This document shows positions 1 through 12,000 of a DNA stretch of 64,000 nucleotides, in pieces. The DNA comes from Naegleria gruberi (lineage: Eukaryota): assembly GCA_000004985.1 (NCBI GenBank), contig GG738849.1; one strand, 5' to 3'. Both the position numbers and the translations under genes were made by a program. The notes below the pieces were generated by a model. It worked only from the letters and a program-made list of their open reading frames with translations. It ran no database searches and was not told the DNA's origin. Numbering within the stretch: position 1 is the first letter of the stretch; every line of letters starts with the position of its first letter.

Positions 1-3000
1 NNNNNNNNNNNNNNNNNNNNNNNNNNNNNNNNNNNNNNNNNNNNNNNNNNNNNNNNNNNNNNNNNNNNNNNNNNNNNNNNNNNNNNNNNNNNNNNNNNNN
101 NNNNNNNNNNNNNNNNNNNNNNNNNNNNNNNNNNNNNNNNNNNNNNNNNNNNNNNNNNNNNNNNNNNNNNNNNNNNNNNNNNNNNNNNNNNNNNNNNNNN
201 NNNNNNNNNNNNNNNNNNNNNNNNNNNNNNNNNNNNNNNNNNNNNNNNNNNNNNNNNNNNNNNNNNNNNNNNNNNNNNNNNNNNNNNNNNNNNNNNNNNN
301 NNNNNNNNNNNNNNNNNNNNNNNNNNNNNNNNNNNNNNNNNNNNNNNNNNNNNNNNNNNNNNNNNNNNNNNNNNNNNNNNNNNNNNNNNNNNNNNNNNNN
401 NNNNNNNNNNNNNNNNNNNNNNNNNNNNNNNNNNNNNNNNNNNNNNNNNNNNNNNNNNNNNNNNNNNNNNNNNNNNNNNNNNNNNNNNNNNNNNNNNNNN
501 NNNNNNNNNNNNNNNNNNNNNNNNNNNNNNNNNNNNNNNNNNNNNNNNNNNNNNNNNNNNNNNNNNNNNNNNNNNNNNNNNNNNNNNNNNNNNNNNNNNN
601 NNNNNNNNNNNNNNNNNNNNNNNNNNNNNNNNNNNNNNNNNNNNNNNNNNNNNNNNNNNNNNNNNNNNNNNNNNNNNNNNNNNNNNNNNNNNNNNNNNNN
701 NNNNNNNNNNNNNNNNNNNNNNNNNNNNNNNNNNNNNNNNNNNNNNNNNNNNNNNNNNNNNNNNNNNNNNNNNNNNNNNNNNNNNNNNNNNNNNNNNNNN
801 NNNNNNNNNNNNNNNNNNNNNNNNNNNNNNNNNNNNNNNNNNNNNNNNNNNNNNNNNNNNNNNNNNNNNNNNNNNNNNNNNNNNNNNNNNNNNNNNNNNN
901 NNNNNNNNNNNNNNNNNNNNNNNNNNNNNNNNNNNNNNNNNNNNNNNNNNNNNNNNNNNNNNNNNNNNNNNNNNNNNNNNNNNNNNNNNNNNNNNNNNNN
1001 NNNNNNNNNNNNNNNNNNNNNNNNNNNNNNNNNNNNNNNNNNNNNNNNNNNNNNNNNNNNNNNNNNNNNNNNNNNNNNNNNNNNNNNNNNNNNNNNNNNN
1101 NNNNNNNNNNNNNNNNNNNNNNNNNNNNNNNNNNNNNNNNNNNNNNNNNNNNNNNNNNNNNNNNNNNNNNNNNNNNNNNNNNNNNNNNNNNNNNNNNNNN
1201 NNNNNNNNNNNNNNNNNNNNNNNNNNNNNNNNNNNNNNNNNNNNNNNNNNNNNNNNNNNNNNNNNNNNNNNNNNNNNNNNNNNNNNNNNNNNNNNNNNNN
1301 NNNNNNNNNNNNNNNNNNNNNNNNNNNNNNNNNNNNNNNNNNNNNNNNNNNNNNNNNNNNNNNNNNNNNNNNNNNNNNNNNNNNNNNNNNNNNNNNNNNN
1401 NNNNNNNNNNNNNNNNNNNNNNNNNNNNNNNNNNNNNNNNNNNNNNNNNNNNNNNNNNNNNNNNNNNNNNNNNNNNNNNNNNNNNNNNNNNNNNNNNNNN
1501 NNNNNNNNNNNNNNNNNNNNNNNNNNNNNNNNNNNNNNNNNNNNNNNNNNNNNNNNNNNNNNNNNNNNNNNNNNNNNNNNNNNNNNNNNNNNNNNNNNNN
1601 NNNNNNNNNNNNNNNNNNNNNNNNNNNNNNNNNNNNNNNNNNNNNNNNNNNNNNNNNNNNNNNNNNNNNNNNNNNNNNNNNNNNNNNNNNNNNNNNNNNN
1701 NNNNNNNNNNNNNNNNNNNNNNNNNNNNNNNNNNNNNNNNNNNNNNNNNNNNNNNNNNNNNNNNNNNNNNNNNNNNNNNNNNNNNNNNNNNNNNNNNNNN
1801 NNNNNNNNNNNNNNNNNNNNNNNNNNNNNNNNNNNNNNNNNNNNNNNNNNNNNNNNNNNNNNNNNNNNNNNNNNNNNNNNNNNNNNNNNNNNNNNNNNNN
1901 NNNNNNNNNNNNNNNNNNNNNNNNNNNNNNNNNNNNNNNNNNNNNNNNNNNNNNNNNNNNNNNNNNNNNNNNNNNNNNNNNNNNNNNNNNNNNNNNNNNN
2001 NNNNNNNNNNNNNNNNNNNNNNNNNNNNNNNNNNNNNNNNNNNNNNNNNNNNNNNNNNNNNNNNNNNNNNNNNNNNNNNNNNNNNNNNNNNNNNNNNNNN
2101 NNNNNNNNNNNNNNNNNNNNNNNNNNNNNNNNNNNNNNNNNNNNNNNNNNNNNNNNNNNNNNNNNNNNNNNNNNNNNNNNNNNNNNNNNNNNNNNNNNNN
2201 NNNNNNNNNNNNNNNNNNNNNNNNNNNNNNNNNNNNNNNNNNNNNNNNNNNNNNNNNNNNNNNNNNNNNNNNNNNNNNNNNNNNNNNNNNNNNNNNNNNN
2301 NNNNNNNNNNNNNNNNNNNNNNNNNNNNNNNNNNNNNNNNNNNNNNNNNNNNNNNNNNNNNNNNNNNNNNNNNNNNNNNNNNNNNNNNNNNNNNNNNNNN
2401 NNNNNNNNNNNNNNNNNNNNNNNNNNNNNNNNNNNNNNNNNNNNNNNNNNNNNNNNNNNNNNNNNNNNNNNNNNNNNNNNNNNNNNNNNNNNNNNNNNNN
2501 NNNNNNNNNNNNNNNNNNNNNNNNNNNNNNNNNNNNNNNNNNNNNNNNNNNNNNNNNNNNNNNNNNNNNNNNNNNNNNNNNNNNNNNNNNNNNNNNNNNN
2601 NNNNNNNNNNNNNNNNNNNNNNNNNNNNNNNNNNNNNNNNNNNNNNNNNNNNNNNNNNNNNNNNNNNNNNNNNNNNNNNNNNNNNNNNNNNNNNNNNNNN
2701 NNNNNNNNNNNNNNNNNNNNNNNNNNNNNNNNNNNNNNNNNNNNNNNNNNNNNNNNNNNNNNNNNNNNNNNNNNNNNNNNNNNNNNNNNNNNNNNNNNNN
2801 NNNNNNNNNNNNNNNNNNNNNNNNNNNNNNNNNNNNNNNNNNNNNNNNNNNNNNNNNNNNNNNNNNNNNNNNNNNNNNNNNNNNNNNNNNNNNNNNNNNN
2901 NNNNNNNNNNNNNNNNNNNNNNNNNNNNNNNNNNNNNNNNNNNNNNNNNNNNNNNNNNNNNNNNNNNNNNNNNNNNNNNNNNNNNNNNNNNNNNNNNNNN

Positions 3001-6000
3001 NNNNNNNNNNNNNNNNNNNNNNNNNNNNNNNNNNNNNNNNNNNNNNNNNNNNNNNNNNNNNNNNNNNNNNNNNNNNNNNNNNNNNNNNNNNNNNNNNNNN
3101 NNNNNNNNNNNNNNNNNNNNNNNNNNNNNNNNNNNNNNNNNNNNNNNNNNNNNNNNNNNNNNNNNNNNNNNNNNNNNNNNNNNNNNNNNNNNNNNNNNNN
3201 NNNNNNNNNNNNNNNNNNNNNNNNNNNNNNNNNNNNNNNNNNNNNNNNNNNNNNNNNNNNNNNNNNNNNNNNNNNNNNNNNNNNNNNNNNNNNNNNNNNN
3301 NNNNNNNNNNNNNNNNNNNNNNNNNNNNNNNNNNNNNNNNNNNNNNNNNNNNNNNNNNNNNNNNNNNNNNNNNNNNNNNNNNNNNNNNNNNNNNNNNNNN
3401 NNNNNNNNNNNNNNNNNNNNNNNNNNNNNNNNNNNNNNNNNNNNNNNNNNNNNNNNNNNNNNNNNNNNNNNNNNNNNNNNNNNNNNNNNNNNNNNNNNNN
3501 NNNNNNNNNNNNNNNNNNNNNNNNNNNNNNNNNNNNNNNNNNNNNNNNNNNNNNNNNNNNNNNNNNNNNNNNNNNNNNNNNNNNNNNNNNNNNNNNNNNN
3601 NNNNNNNNNNNNNNNNNNNNNNNNNNNNNNNNNNNNNNNNNNNNNNNNNNNNNNNNNNNNNNNNNNNNNNNNNNNNNNNNNNNNNNNNNNNNNNNNNNNN
3701 NNNNNNNNNNNNNNNNNNNNNNNNNNNNNNNNNNNNNNNNNNNNNNNNNNNNNNNNNNNNNNNNNNNNNNNNNNNNNNNNNNNNNNNNNNNNNNNNNNNN
3801 NNNNNNNNNNNNNNNNNNNNNNNNNNNNNNNNNNNNNNNNNNNNNNNNNNNNNNNNNNNNNNNNNNNNNNNNNNNNNNNNNNNNNNNNNNNNNNNNNNNN
3901 NNNNNNNNNNNNNNNNNNNNNNNNNNNNNNNNNNNNNNNNNNNNNNNNNNNNNNNNNNNNNNNNNNNNNNNNNNNNNNNNNNNNNNNNNNNNNNNNNNNN
4001 NNNNNNNNNNNNNNNNNNNNNNNNNNNNNNNNNNNNNNNNNNNNNNNNNNNNNNNNNNNNNNNNNNNNNNNNNNNNNNNNNNNNNNNNNNNNNNNNNNNN
4101 NNNNNNNNNNNNNNNNNNNNNNNNNNNNNNNNNNNNNNNNNNNNNNNNNNNNNNNNNNNNNNNNNNNNNNNNNNNNNNNNNNNNNNNNNNNNNNNNNNNN
4201 NNNNNNNNNNNNNNNNNNNNNNNNNNNNNNNNNNNNNNNNNNNNNNNNNNNNNNNNNNNNNNNNNNNNNNNNNNNNNNNNNNNNNNNNNNNNNNNNNNNN
4301 NNNNNNNNNNNNNNNNNNNNNNNNNNNNNNNNNNNNNNNNNNNNNNNNNNNNNNNNNNNNNNNNNNNNNNNNNNNNNNNNNNNNNNNNNNNNNNNNNNNN
4401 NNNNNNNNNNNNNNNNNNNNNNNNNNNNNNNNNNNNNNNNNNNNNNNNNNNNNNNNNNNNNNNNNNNNNNNNNNNNNNNNNNNNNNNNNNNNNNNNNNNN
4501 NNNNNNNNNNNNNNNNNNNNNNNNNNNNNNNNNNNNNNNNNNNNNNNNNNNNNNNNNNNNNNNNNNNNNNNNNNNNNNNNNNNNNNNNNNNNNNNNNNNN
4601 NNNNNNNNNNNNNNNNNNNNNNNNNNNNNNNNNNNNNNNNNNNNNNNNNNNNNNNNNNNNNNNNNNNNNNNNNNNNNNNNNNNNNNNNNNNNNNNNNNNN
4701 NNNNNNNNNNNNNNNNNNNNNNNNNNNNNNNNNNNNNNNNNNNNNNNNNNNNNNNNNNNNNNNNNNNNNNNNNNNNNNNNNNNNNNNNNNNNNNNNNNNN
4801 NNNNNNNNNNNNNNNNNNNNNNNNNNNNNNNNNNNNNNNNNNNNNNNNNNNNNNNNNNNNNNNNNNNNNNNNNNNNNNNNNNNNNNNNNNNNNNNNNNNN
4901 NNNNNNNNNNNNNNNNNNNNNNNNNNNNNNNNNNNNNNNNNNNNNNNNNNNNNNNNNNNNNNNNNNNNNNNNNNNNNNNNNNNNNNNNNNNNNNNNNNNN
5001 NNNNNNNNNNNNNNNNNNNNNNNNNNNNNNNNNNNNNNNNNNNNNNNNNNNNNNNNNNNNNNNNNNNNNNNNNNNNNNNNNNNNNNNNNNNNNNNNNNNN
5101 NNNNNNNNNNNNNNNNNNNNNNNNNNNNNNNNNNNNNNNNNNNNNNNNNNNNNNNNNNNNNNNNNNNNNNNNNNNNNNNNNNNNNNNNNNNNNNNNNNNN
5201 NNNNNNNNNNNNNNNNNNNNNNNNNNNNNNNNNNNNNNNNNNNNNNNNNNNNNNNNNNNNNNNNNNNNNNNNNNNNNNNNNNNNNNNNNNNNNNNNNNNN
5301 NNNNNNNNNNNNNNNNNNNNNNNNNNNNNNNNNNNNNNNNNNNNNNNNNNNNNNNNNNNNNNNNNNNNNNNNNNNNNNNNNNNNNNNNNNNNNNNNNNNN
5401 NNNNNNNNNNNNNNNNNNNNNNNNNNNNNNNNNNNNNNNNNNNNNNNNNNNNNNNNNNNNNNNNNNNNNNNNNNNNNNNNNNNNNNNNNNNNNNNNNNNN
5501 NNNNNNNNNNNNNNNNNNNNNNNNNNNNNNNNNNNNNNNNNNNNNNNNNNNNNNNNNNNNNNNNNNNNNNNNNNNNNNNNNNNNNNNNNNNNNNNNNNNN
5601 NNNNNNNNNNNNNNNNNNNNNNNNNNNNNNNNNNNNNNNNNNNNNNNNNNNNNNNNNNNNNNNNNNNNNNNNNNNNNNNNNNNNNNNNNNNNNNNNNNNN
5701 NNNNNNNNNNNNNNNNNNNNNNNNNNNNNNNNNNNNNNNNNNNNNNNNNNNNNNNNNNNNNNNNNNNNNNNNNNNNNNNNNNNNNNNNNNNNNNNNNNNN
5801 NNNNNNNNNNNNNNNNNNNNNNNNNNNNNNNNNNNNNNNNNNNNNNNNNNNNNNNNNNNNNNNNNNNNNNNNNNNNNNNNNNNNNNNNNNNNNNNNNNNN
5901 NNNNNNNNNNNNNNNNNNNNNNNNNNNNNNNNNNNNNNNNNNNNNNNNNNNNNNNNNNNNNNNNNNNNNNNNNNNNNNNNNNNNNNNNNNNNNNNNNNNN

Positions 6001-9000
6001 NNNNNNNNNNNNNNNNNNNNNNNNNNNNNNNNNNNNNNNNNNNNNNNNNNNNNNNNNNNNNNNNNNNNNNNNNNNNNNNNNNNNNNNNNNNNNNNNNNNN
6101 NNNNNNNNNNNNNNNNNNNNNNNNNNNNNNNNNNNNNNNNNNNNNNNNNNNNNNNNNNNNNNNNNNNNNNNNNNNNNNNNNNNNNNNNNNNNNNNNNNNN
6201 NNNNNNNNNNNNNNNNNNNNNNNNNNNNNNNNNNNNNNNNNNNNNNNNNNNNNNNNNNNNNNNNNNNNNNNNNNNNNNNNNNNNNNNNNNNNNNNNNNNN
6301 NNNNNNNNNNNNNNNNNNNNNNNNNNNNNNNNNNNNNNNNNNNNNNNNNNNNNNNNNNNNNNNNNNNNNNNNNNNNNNNNNNNNNNNNNNNNNNNNNNNN
6401 NNNNNNNNNNNNNNNNNNNNNNNNNNNNNNNNNNNNNNNNNNNNNNNNNNNNNNNNNNNNNNNNNNNNNNNNNNNNNNNNNNNNNNNNNNNNNNNNNNNN
6501 NNNNNNNNNNNNNNNNNNNNNNNNNNNNNNNNNNNNNNNNNNNNNNNNNNNNNNNNNNNNNNNNNNNNNNNNNNNNNNNNNNNNNNNNNNNNNNNNNNNN
6601 NNNNNNNNNNNNNNNNNNNNNNNNNNNNNNNNNNNNNNNNNNNNNNNNNNNNNNNNNNNNNNNNNNNNNNNNNNNNNNNNNNNNNNNNNNNNNNNNNNNN
6701 NNNNNNNNNNNNNNNNNNNNNNNNNNNNNNNNNNNNNNNNNNNNNNNNNNNNNNNNNNNNNNNNNNNNNNNNNNNNNNNNNNNNNNNNNNNNNNNNNNNN
6801 NNNNNNNNNNNNNNNNNNNNNNNNNNNNNNNNNNNNNNNNNNNNNNNNNNNNNNNNNNNNNNNNNNNNNNNNNNNNNNNNNNNNNNNNNNNNNNNNNNNN
6901 NNNNNNNNNNNNNNNNNNNNNNNNNNNNNNNNNNNNNNNNNNNNNNNNNNNNNNNNNNNNNNNNNNNNNNNNNNNNNNNNNNNNNNNNNNNNNNNNNNNN
7001 NNNNNNNNNNNNNNNNNNNNNNNNNNNNNNNNNNNNNNNNNNNNNNNNNNNNNNNNNNNNNNNNNNNNNNNNNNNNNNNNNNNNNNNNNNNNNNNNNNNN
7101 NNNNNNNNNNNNNNNNNNNNNNNNNNNNNNNNNNNNNNNNNNNNNNNNNNNNNNNNNNNNNNNNNNNNNNNNNNNNNNNNNNNNNNNNNNNNNNNNNNNN
7201 NNNNNNNNNNNNNNNNNNNNNNNNNNNNNNNNNNNNNNNNNNNNNNNNNNNNNNNNNNNNNNNNNNNNNNNNNNNNNNNNNNNNNNNNNNNNNNNNNNNN
7301 NNNNNNNNNNNNNNNNNNNNNNNNNNNNNNNNNNNNNNNNNNNNNNNNNNNNNNNNNNNNNNNNNNNNNNNNNNNNNNNNNNNNNNNNNNNNNNNNNNNN
7401 NNNNNNNNNNNNNNNNNNNNNNNNNNNNNNNNNNNNNNNNNNNNNNNNNNNNNNNNNNNNNNNNNNNNNNNNNNNNNNNNNNNNNNNNNNNNNNNNNNNN
7501 NNNNNNNNNNNNNNNNNNNNNNNNNNNNNNNNNNNNNNNNNNNNNNNNNNNNNNNNNNNNNNNNNNNNNNNNNNNNNNNNNNNNNNNNNNNNNNNNNNNN
7601 NNNNNNNNNNNNNNNNNNNNNNNNNNNNNNNNNNNNNNNNNNNNNNNNNNNNNNNNNNNNNNNNNNNNNNNNNNNNNNNNNNNNNNNNNNNNNNNNNNNN
7701 NNNNNNNNNNNNNNNNNNNNNNNNNNNNNNNNNNNNNNNNNNNNNNNNNNNNNNNNNNNNNNNNNNNNNNNNNNNNNNNNNNNNNNNNNNNNNNNNNNNN
7801 NNNNNNNNNNNNNNNNNNNNNNNNNNNNNNNNNNNNNNNNNNNNNNNNNNNNNNNNNNNNNNNNNNNNNNNNNNNNNNNNNNNNNNNNNNNNNNNNNNNN
7901 NNNNNNNNNNNNNNNNNNNNNNNNNNNNNNNNNNNNNNNNNNNNNNNNNNNNNNNNNNNNNNNNNNNNNNNNNNNNNNNNNNNNNNNNNNNNNNNNNNNN
8001 NNNNNNNNNNNNNNNNNNNNNNNNNNNNNNNNNNNNNNNNNNNNNNNNNNNNNNNNNNNNNNNNNNNNNNNNNNNNNNNNNNNNNNNNNNNNNNNNNNNN
8101 NNNNNNNNNNNNNNNNNNNNNNNNNNNNNNNNNNNNNNNNNNNNNNNNNNNNNNNNNNNNNNNNNNNNNNNNNNNNNNNNNNNNNNNNNNNNNNNNNNNN
8201 NNNNNNNNNNNNNNNNNNNNNNNNNNNNNNNNNNNNNNNNNNNNNNNNNNNNNNNNNNNNNNNNNNNNNNNNNNNNNNNNNNNNNNNNNNNNNNNNNNNN
8301 NNNNNNNNNNNNNNNNNNNNNNNNNNNNNNNNNNNNNNNNNNNNNNNNNNNNNNNNNNNNNNNNNNNNNNNNNNNNNNNNNNNNNNNNNNNNNNNNNNNN
8401 NNNNNNNNNNNNNNNNNNNNNNNNNNNNNNNNNNNNNNNNNNNNNNNNNNNNNNNNNNNNNNNNNNNNNNNNNNNNNNNNNNNNNNNNNNNNNNNNNNNN
8501 NNNNNNNNNNNNNNNNNNNNNNNNNNNNNNNNNNNNNNNNNNNNNNNNNNNNNNNNNNNNNNNNNNNNNNNNNNNNNNNNNNNNNNNNNNNNNNNNNNNN
8601 NNNNNNNNNNNNNNNNNNNNNNNNNNNNNNNNNNNNNNNNNNNNNNNNNNNNNNNNNNNNNNNNNNNNNNNNNNNNNNNNNNNNNNNNNNNNNNNNNNNN
8701 NNNNNNNNNNNNNNNNNNNNNNNNNNNNNNNNNNNNNNNNNNNNNNNNNNNNNNNNNNNNNNNNNNNNNNNNNNNNNNNNNNNNNNNNNNNNNNNNNNNN
8801 NNNNNNNNNNNNNNNNNNNNNNNNNNNNNNNNNNNNNNNNNNNNNNNNNNNNNNNNNNNNNNNNNNNNNNNNNNNNNNNNNNNNNNNNNNNNNNNNNNNN
8901 NNNNNNNNNNNNNNNNNNNNNNNNNNNNNNNNNNNNNNNNNNNNNNNNNNNNNNNNNNNNNNNNNNNNNNNNNNNNNNNNNNNNNNNNNNNNNNNNNNNN

Positions 9001-12000
9001 NNNNNNNNNNNNNNNNNNNNNNNNNNNNNNNNNNNNNNNNNNNNNNNNNNNNNNNNNNNNNNNNNNNNNNNNNNNNNNNNNNNNNNNNNNNNNNNNNNNN
9101 NNNNNNNNNNNNNNNNNNNNNNNNNNNNNNNNNNNNNNNNNNNNNNNNNNNNNNNNNNNNNNNNNNNNNNNNNNNNNNNNNNNNNNNNNNNNNNNNNNNN
9201 NNNNNNNNNNNNNNNNNNNNNNNNNNNNNNNNNNNNNNNNNNNNNNNNNNNNNNNNNNNNNNNNNNNNNNNNNNNNNNNNNNNNNNNNNNNNNNNNNNNN
9301 NNNNNNNNNNNNNNNNNNNNNNNNNNNNNNNNNNNNNNNNNNNNNNNNNNNNNNNNNNNNNNNNNNNNNNNNNNNNNNNNNNNNNNNNNNNNNNNNNNNN
9401 NNNNNNNNNNNNNNNNNNNNNNNNNNNNNNNNNNNNNNNNNNNNNNNNNNNNNNNNNNNNNNNNNNNNNNNNNNNNNNNNNNNNNNNNNNNNNNNNNNNN
9501 NNNNNNNNNNNNNNNNNNNNNNNNNNNNNNNNNNNNNNNNNNNNNNNNNNNNNNNNNNNNNNNNNNNNNNNNNNNNNNNNNNNNNNNNNNNNNNNNNNNN
9601 NNNNNNNNNNNNNNNNNNNNNNNNNNNNNNNNNNNNNNNNNNNNNNNNNNNNNNNNNNNNNNNNNNNNNNNNNNNNNNNNNNNNNNNNNNNNNNNNNNNN
9701 NNNNNNNNNNNNNNNNNNNNNNNNNNNNNNNNNNNNNNNNNNNNNNNNNNNNNNNNNNNNNNNNNNNNNNNNNNNNNNNNNNNNNNNNNNNNNNNNNNNN
9801 NNNNNNNNNNNNNNNNNNNNNNNNNNNNNNNNNNNNNNNNNNNNNNNNNNNNNNNNNNNNNNNNNNNNNNNNNNNNNNNNNNNNNNNNNNNNNNNNNNNN
9901 NNNNNNNNNNNNNNNNNNNNNNNNNNNNNNNNNNNNNNNNNNNNNNNNNNNNNNNNNNNNNNNNNNNNNNNNNNNNNNNNNNNNNNNNNNNNNNNNNNNN
10001 NNNNNNNNNNNNNNNNNNNNNNNNNNNNNNNNNNNNNNNNNNNNNNNNNNNNNNNNNNNNNNNNNNNNNNNNNNNNNNNNNNNNNNNNNNNNNNNNNNNN
10101 NNNNNNNNNNNNNNNNNNNNNNNNNNNNNNNNNNNNNNNNNNNNNNNNNNNNNNNNNNNNNNNNNNNNNNNNNNNNNNNNNNNNNNNNNNNNNNNNNNNN
10201 NNNNNNNNNNNNNNNNNNNNNNNNNNNNNNNNNNNNNNNNNNNNNNNNNNNNNNNNNNNNNNNNNNNNNNNNNNNNNNNNNNNNNNNNNNNNNNNNNNNN
10301 NNNNNNNNNNNNNNNNNNNNNNNNNNNNNNNNNNNNNNNNNNNNNNNNNNNNNNNNNNNNNNNNNNNNNNNNNNNNNNNNNNNNNNNNNNNNNNNNNNNN
10401 NNNNNNNNNNNNNNNNNNNNNNNNNNNNNNNNNNNNNNNNNNNNNNNNNNNNNNNNNNNNNNNNNNNNNNNNNNNNNNNNNNNNNNNNNNNNNNNNNNNN
10501 NNNNNNNNNNNNNNNNNNNNNNNNNNNNNNNNNNNNNNNNNNNNNNNNNNNNNNNNNNNNNNNNNNNNNNNNNNNNNNNNNNNNNNNNNNNNNNNNNNNN
10601 NNNNNNNNNNNNNNNNNNNNNNNNNNNNNNNNNNNNNNNNNNNNNNNNNNNNNNNNNNNNNNNNNNNNNNNNNNNNNNNNNNNNNNNNNNNNNNNNNNNN
10701 NNNNNNNNNNNNNNNNNNNNNNNNNNNNNNNNNNNNNNNNNNNNNNNNNNNNNNNNNNNNNNNNNNNNNNNNNNNNNNNNNNNNNNNNNNNNNNNNNNNN
10801 NNNNNNNNNNNNNNNNNNNNNNNNNNNNNNNNNNNNNNNNNNNNNNNNNNNNNNNNNNNNNNNNNNNNNNNNNNNNNNNNNNNNNNNNNNNNNNNNNNNN
10901 NNNNNNNNNNNNNNNNNNNNNNNNNNNNNNNNNNNNNNNNNNNNNNNNNNNNNNNNNNNNNNNNNNNNNNNNNNNNNNNNNNNNNNNNNNNNNNNNNNNN
11001 NNNNNNNNNNNNNNNNNNNNNNNNNNNNNNNNNNNNNNNNNNNNNNNNNNNNNNNNNNNNNNNNNNNNNNNNNNNNNNNNNNNNNNNNNNNNNNNNNNNN
11101 NNNNNNNNNNNNNNNNNNNNNNNNNNNNNNNNNNNNNNNNNNNNNNNNNNNNNNNNNNNNNNNNNNNNNNNNNNNNNNNNNNNNNNNNNNNNNNNNNNNN
11201 NNNNNNNNNNNNNNNNNNNNNNNNNNNNNNNNNNNNNNNNNNNNNNNNNNNNNNNNNNNNNNNNNNNNNNNNNNNNNNNNNNNNNNNNNNNNNNNNNNNN
11301 NNNNNNNNNNNNNNNNNNNNNNNNNNNNNNNNNNNNNNNNNNNNNNNNNNNNNNNNNNNNNNNNNNNNNNNNNNNNNNNNNNNNNNNNNNNNNNNNNNNN
11401 NNNNNNNNNNNNNNNNNNNNNNNNNNNNNNNNNNNNNNNNNNNNNNNNNNNNNNNNNNNNNNNNNNNNNNNNNNNNNNNNNNNNNNNNNNNNNNNNNNNN
11501 NNNNNNNNNNNNNNNNNNNNNNNNNNNNNNNNNNNNNNNNNNNNNNNNNNNNNNNNNNNNNNNNNNNNNNNNNNNNNNNNNNNNNNNNNNNNNNNNNNNN
11601 NNNNNNNNNNNNNNNNNNNNNNNNNNNNNNNNNNNNNNNNNNNNNNNNNNNNNNNNNNNNNNNNNNNNNNNNNNNNNNNNNNNNNNNNNNNNNNNNNNNN
11701 NNNNNNNNNNNNNNNNNNNNNNNNNNNNNNNNNNNNNNNNNNNNNNNNNNNNNNNNNNNNNNNNNNNNNNNNNNNNNNNNNNNNNNNNNNNNNNNNNNNN
11801 NNNNNNNNNNNNNNNNNNNNNNNNNNNNNNNNNNNNNNNNNNNNNNNNNNNNNNNNNNNNNNNNNNNNNNNNNNNNNNNNNNNNNNNNNNNNNNNNNNNN
11901 NNNNNNNNNNNNNNNNNNNNNNNNNNNNNNNNNNNNNNNNNNNNNNNNNNNNNNNNNNNNNNNNNNNNNNNNNNNNNNNNNNNNNNNNNNNNNNNNNNNN